From the human T2T-CHM13v2.0 reference genome, Homo sapiens, in NCBI RefSeq assembly GCF_009914755.1, contig NC_060940.1: a DNA stretch of 64,000 bases; one strand, given 5' to 3'. A program made the position numbers and the translations under genes. This document shows, in pieces, positions 57,901 through 64,000 of this stretch (positions are counted from its first letter, which is position 1; each line of letters starts with the position of its first letter). Under the pieces are notes generated by a model, which saw nothing but the letters and a program-made list of their open reading frames with translations, was not told the DNA's origin and searched no databases.

Positions 57901-59335
57901 TTTTTTTTTTTTAGAGACAGAGTCTTGCTCTGTTGCCCAGGCTGGAGTGCGATTGTCATGATCACTGCTCTCTGTAACCTCAAACTCCTGGGCTGAAGCA
58001 ATCCTCCTGCCTCAGCCTCCTGAGTATCTGGGACTACAGGTGTATGCCACCACACCCAGCTAATTTTTAAAATTTTTGGTAGAGACAGGGTCTTGCTGTG
58101 TTGCCCAGGCTGGTCTCGAATTCCTGGACCCAAGTAATCCTTTCCTGCCTCAACCTCCTGAGCCACACTGGGATTGAGGCCCATTTTGGATCAAAATGCA
58201 GTGCTGTGTGTGGTTAAGGTTCATGGGCTAGGGCCATCAGGGAGGTTGAGCCCCAAGAACACCAGTTCCCTGTTCCCTGCCTTGTTCTCTGGGGCAGAGG
58301 GCTGGGGAGGGGCTGGGAGGGCTCAGCCCACAGCCCCTGAGGGAGTTGTCACAGGGCAGTGAGGGAGAGGAGCTGAGGCTGGCCCTGGTCTGAGGGGCGC
58401 TCACTGGGCCTCCCTCCCACAGCCACTGCTGCTGACCCTTGGAGCAGGCCAGCAGCCCTGGATGTTAGAGTCCCCATGCTGGGCCCAGGAAGGGGAAATG
58501 AATCAGACCACACAGAGTGGCTCTGCCAGGGAAATGAGGTGGGAGGAGGCCAGAGGGCCCTGACTTCCCTGGAGCGTGAGCTTTGAAGGGGAGGGCCAAG
58601 TGAGAGTGGCCTCTCAGGAGAGGTCCCCTCATGGGCCTGGGTTTAAGTTGTGGCAGGCTTCAGAACAGGCCTTACTCAGCCTTATTTGCTGGAGACGTGT
58701 TCCCAGGTCCAGCCCTGCCACTGTGCATGGCAGGCCCAGCCTCTCCAGCCTGGTGCCAGCTGCCTCTAGCCTTCACACATCTCCTCTGACCTGCGCAGGT
58801 GCACCTGGGAGGCGGGCAGGCCAGCTCAGTGCCCATTGTGCAGATGAAGAGAAGCTGGGCTCCATGAAGCCAGGCGCTCGCTGAAGTCACCCCACTGGTG
58901 TCAGAGCCACAAGTCCTGACCCCCTCAGTGCACCTGGCTTGGCTCCTCAGTGCCAGCCTCAACTTGCCGGGCGAGCTGGGGTTACCAGCACTTTTGTACA
59001 CATTTGCTTGCTTAATCCTCTTAATTTGTGGGGTTGGGGTGATGTTCTCTGTTACAGAGAAGAGAAAGCTGGTCCAGTTTTCATCTAGGGAGGAAAGGGG
59101 GTGATGAGGAATGCAGGGGGAGGGGGCCTAGGGCGTTGAGGGAGCTCAGGCTGGGAGTAGGGGGTTCTGCAGCCATGCTCCACCCAGCTGGGCATCGCCT
59201 GCCCCCTGCTCTGCAAACCCCTGATTGTGCCTTGGGTGTGTGAGCCCACTGTCCCTAGCGGAAGAGCTTGGGCCAGGGGCGAAGTAGCAGCCTCATTCTG
59301 ATCATTGGCTTCTCTTCCAGCAGCCCAGGTCATAG

Positions 59336-59752
<417 letters not shown>

Positions 59753-61456
59753 TGAACGTGTGTGGGTGGCTGACAGCACACAGAGTAAACAAAAAATAGC
59801 GTCCTCTTCCCACTCACACCTTGCTGGCCTCGTTTATTAAGCAGGCGGTGCCGGTGCCACCTTTAGGTGCAAGTGCCTGCATCATGCCGGGTGTGGGTGC
59901 TCCTCCTGGGAGCCAGCCTCATTGGACAGCAGCTGAGCCTGCCTTCGTCACAGCAGGTTTCACCCAGCAGCTGGAGGCCAGGTAGAAACGCAGTGCTCAG
60001 TTTTGTTCAGCATCCTTGCCTCTCTGTGGCCTCCAGCTCTGAACATGTCTCTGCACTGTCTTGGAGATGGCAGCCAATTGCTAGGGAAGGGAAGCACCTT
60101 GGGACCCCTCCAGCCCCTTTCTCTGGCTTTCTTCAGTCTGATGGTGCCAGTACCCCCTGGTACTTCATGGTGTTCCCCTCAAGCCGGCCCTCACTCATCC
60201 TTTCAGGGACCCATGCCCCAATGTCTGCATCCTGACGTGGCACCAGGCTCCACAGAGTGGACCTGGAACTTGGCCCCTGTAGATGTGAAGATGATTCTCT
60301 CCCTCCCCTGCGGTGATGGAGTTCCAGCCTCTGGGCCTCCAGGTTTTTGTTCTGTCATTTTCTTTCCTCTGTTTATTTCTGCTGGTTCCTTCATGCAGCA
60401 CCCACGCTGGGAATCCAGCTTCCTTCGCCCTGAGGAAAACTGCTGTTGTTCTTAGAGTCTTCCTAGGATATGAGCCCTGATGTTCCCGAAAGTGGAGCTG
60501 AGGGTGGGGACAGATTCCCGTGGCTTGCTCAGCAGGGGAGTGGCCCCCCTTGTTGTCTCCATCTCCCGCCACCCCCGCCAACTTTTTCTGCTCCGTCCCT
60601 TATTGACGGCCCTGTGCTTACCCTCCTGGCTGTGGCCCCCCTGCCCTCCCTTTGAGTCTGGACACTGTCTCTCTCAGGAGGGGGCCAGCTGCCCCTTGCT
60701 TTCCCACCTGCCAGCCTGGATGGGGTGTGGGCTGGGGCCTTGTGTGCCAAGACCTAAACCACAGGCTGGCAGAAAGCAGCCCTGCAGCCCAGAGGCCCAG
60801 CTTCCGGGCTCCTTTCCCCCCTGCACCCTCTGCCTGGCCCCAAGGGCAAAGGTGTTTCCCAAAGACCCCGTGGCCATGGGCCTAAAACTCCTGGAAGCCC
60901 CCAACTGAGAGGCAGGGGGAGGGGAATGTGCCTTTTGTGTGTCTGATGCGAGTGTCTGGGGACCAGGTACGGATTTTTGTTCCACGTGCTAAGCCTCATC
61001 AACAGGTTTTTGCAACTTCGTGTGAGCCAGAGCTGGGGTAGTGGGGCTGAGAGACTGTGTCCCTGTGAGTTCCCTCGTGGGGTATTACAGCAAAAGACCA
61101 GTTGGCCCTCATGGTTTTTGGGACCCACCCTAAGCCCTGTTCCAGGACCTCATAAACAGGTGAGGTAGGAGTCCTTGGAGTCTCTCTCATCCTTCAGCCA
61201 GGAAGTACTTTGTACCCACCTCCTCGGCTTGCAAGGAAGGTTCATGTGTGCTAAAGCCCCTTGTTAGCTGTAGACAAGCCCTGCCCATTCCAGGGGGCAG
61301 GACAGTGTGGTCCTTCGCGTGACAGGGACATAGTGGTGTCGCTCTCTGTCACCTATGCTCTGGGCAGCCTGAGCACTTTTCTGCCCACAGGAGTAAAAAG
61401 AAATGGAGCATGTCACTATGCTCCATGGCCACCCTGACCCACAGGGAGATTATTAA

Positions 61457-61708
<252 letters not shown>

Positions 61709-61910
61709 TGAACTCCTAACCTCCTGATCTGCCCACCTTAGCCTCCCAAAGTGCTGGGATTATAGGCGTGAGCCACCGCGCCTGGCCACTCAGGATGTGT
61801 TTTTATCATACCCTTTAAAATTATTTCTTGGGCCGGGCGTGGTGGCTCACACCTGTAATCCCAGTACTTTGGGAGGCCAAGGCAGGTTGATCACCTGAGG
61901 TCAGGAGTTA

Positions 61911-62142
<232 letters not shown>

Positions 62143-62197
62143 TTAGCAGGGCTTCATGTTTTTGTTTTTTTTTTCTTTTTTCCTTTTTAAGAGATAG

Positions 62198-62389
<192 letters not shown>

Positions 62390-64000
62390 TGAACTCCTGG
62401 GCTCAAGCAATCATCCTGCCTCAGCCTCCAGAGTAGTTGGGATTACAGGCATAAGCCACCACACCCAGCAACTTCATTTATGTTCTGTTTGACGAGCAAT
62501 TTGGTTCTCAGGTTTGTCCTGGATCTCAATGGGGTTGAGGTAAAACCTAGCACCTGCCTGGGGTGGGGCAGGAGCTGTGTGCCCTTGTCAAGCCCCTCCC
62601 TGAGTACATACCAGGCTGTGTTCTAGACACCAAAGACACTGGTGAGCAAGGTGGGTGGAGCTTCTGTGCTCACAAAGCTATCAGATTTGGGAGAAACAAA
62701 CATGAAAAAGAATATATACGAATGTGTAATCACTAGTTCTCATGAGATCTCGGAGAGAGCTGCAGGATTATAACGAGGGGCTCTAATGGAGAGGAAGAGC
62801 TTAAGGGGAAACGTGGCATTCACGCTCATGGGGAGGATGAGTAAGAACCTGCAAATGCATGCCGGACCAGCGAACAGTGTGTGCAAAGGCCCTAAAGTTG
62901 GGACCTCCATGTGACTGAATGAAGGGGCCCTAGGGCAGTGGTGTTCGATGAGGTGGGAGTTTGGCAGTGGGTCCTCAGCAGGGTGTAGTGGAGCACAGCC
63001 CGCAGTGGGCAAGGTGCTCCGAGAGAAATGCACAGAAGAAACGGGTAACAGCCCCTGCCCTGGAGGAACCAAGAGTCAAGAGTCAGCGTGGGGAGGGCAG
63101 GGCTGCTTCTGTACAAAATAACTGGAGGGGCCAGCACAGTGGCTTACACCTGTAATCCTAGCACTTTGGGAGGCTGAGGTGGGAGAATTGCTCGAGCCCA
63201 GGAGTTCAAGGCTGCAGTGAGCTATGATCGTGCCGCTGCACACCAGCCTGAGCAACAAAGTGAGACCTTGTCTCTTAAATAAACTAATACATAATAAAGT
63301 AACTGGAGAAATTATAGGCTGAGAGATTGGCTGGAGGTGGAGCAGAATCTTTAGGGCAGGCCTCCGGGAGACAGACTAGAAATGAGCCTAGAAGGATCAG
63401 TGTGGTTTGGAGCATAACGTGAGATCTGAAGAAAAAGAAACCCAGGAGCCTCCTTGGAAGGGTAGAAAGTCTGTGACCCGCAGAAGTAACATTCAGAGAA
63501 GCAGAGGGCTTGCTAATGGGTGAAGGCCTGGGTGTTCAGGGAAGTGGATGCTCTTAGAGGCAGGAAGAATGGGAGGCCTTGAGGAGGAGAAGGTGGGGCA
63601 TTGAAAAGGGGTGAAGGGAAGCAAGGAGTCCTAGAAGGTCTCTCTTACAGAAGCTCAGAAATAGCAACTAAATCACCTATTGGGGGAGGGCTCTAACACC
63701 AGCATCTGCACCTACCCTTTTTTAAACTTACAAAATACTCCAAATGTATTAGAATACTCAAAATAACATGACAGAAGCCCATGCCCACCACCCAGAGTGA
63801 CACAAGTTAACGTTTGCCAGTTGGCACCTTAGAGTGTTGGTTTGGCTGTTCCTTTTACAGCTGTGCAGAGCCCAATGCTGCGCAGAGAGGCTGAGGCAGA
63901 GCTAGGGGATTCCAGTTCAGGGCTTTTTTTTTTTTTTTTAAAGACCGTCTCAATCTGTCGCCCAGGCTGGAGTACAGTGGCGCAATCTTGGCTCACTGCA

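Noticed and set aside
61403-61426. 9-bp hairpin ATGGAGCAT-N6-ATGCTCCAT (similar one at ~20687-20721)
   Set aside because: Too short for a miRNA precursor and expected by chance in 64 kb.

Overview
This is primate, very probably human, genomic DNA. It covers about 43 kb of repeat-dense upstream sequence and the 5' part of GPT2 (mitochondrial alanine aminotransferase 2, + strand). GPT2 has a CpG-island promoter, a putative non-coding exon 1 (ending 43352) and three coding exons (43601-43843, 56534-56623, 59546-59654; codons 1-147). The gene continues past the window end. At 1.3-3.6 kb there is a minus-strand processed pseudogene of brain creatine kinase (CKB; CKBP1-like) with a poly(A) tail and target-site duplication (TSD), interrupted by three tandem Alus. 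The rest is mostly Alu, with LTR elements (MER41A, LTR8A, LTR16C, a two-LTR THE1, MST, MER21, LTR24-like), L1/L2/MIR fragments, DNA transposon relics and microsatellites. Almost all ORFs in the supplied track are Alu, LTR or GC-shadow artefacts. I see no convincing new protein-coding system. The best leads are: (1) the pseudogene's 5' half, which has kept or gained CpG; (2) a stress-response design at the GPT2 5' end (ATF4 element, uORF, GC-AG intron, paired ZNF143 motifs); (3) a local duplication with a palindrome at its breakpoint; (4) candidate enhancers and a CTCF site. Repeat subfamily names and the CKB comparison come from my recall of consensus sequences, not from a search.
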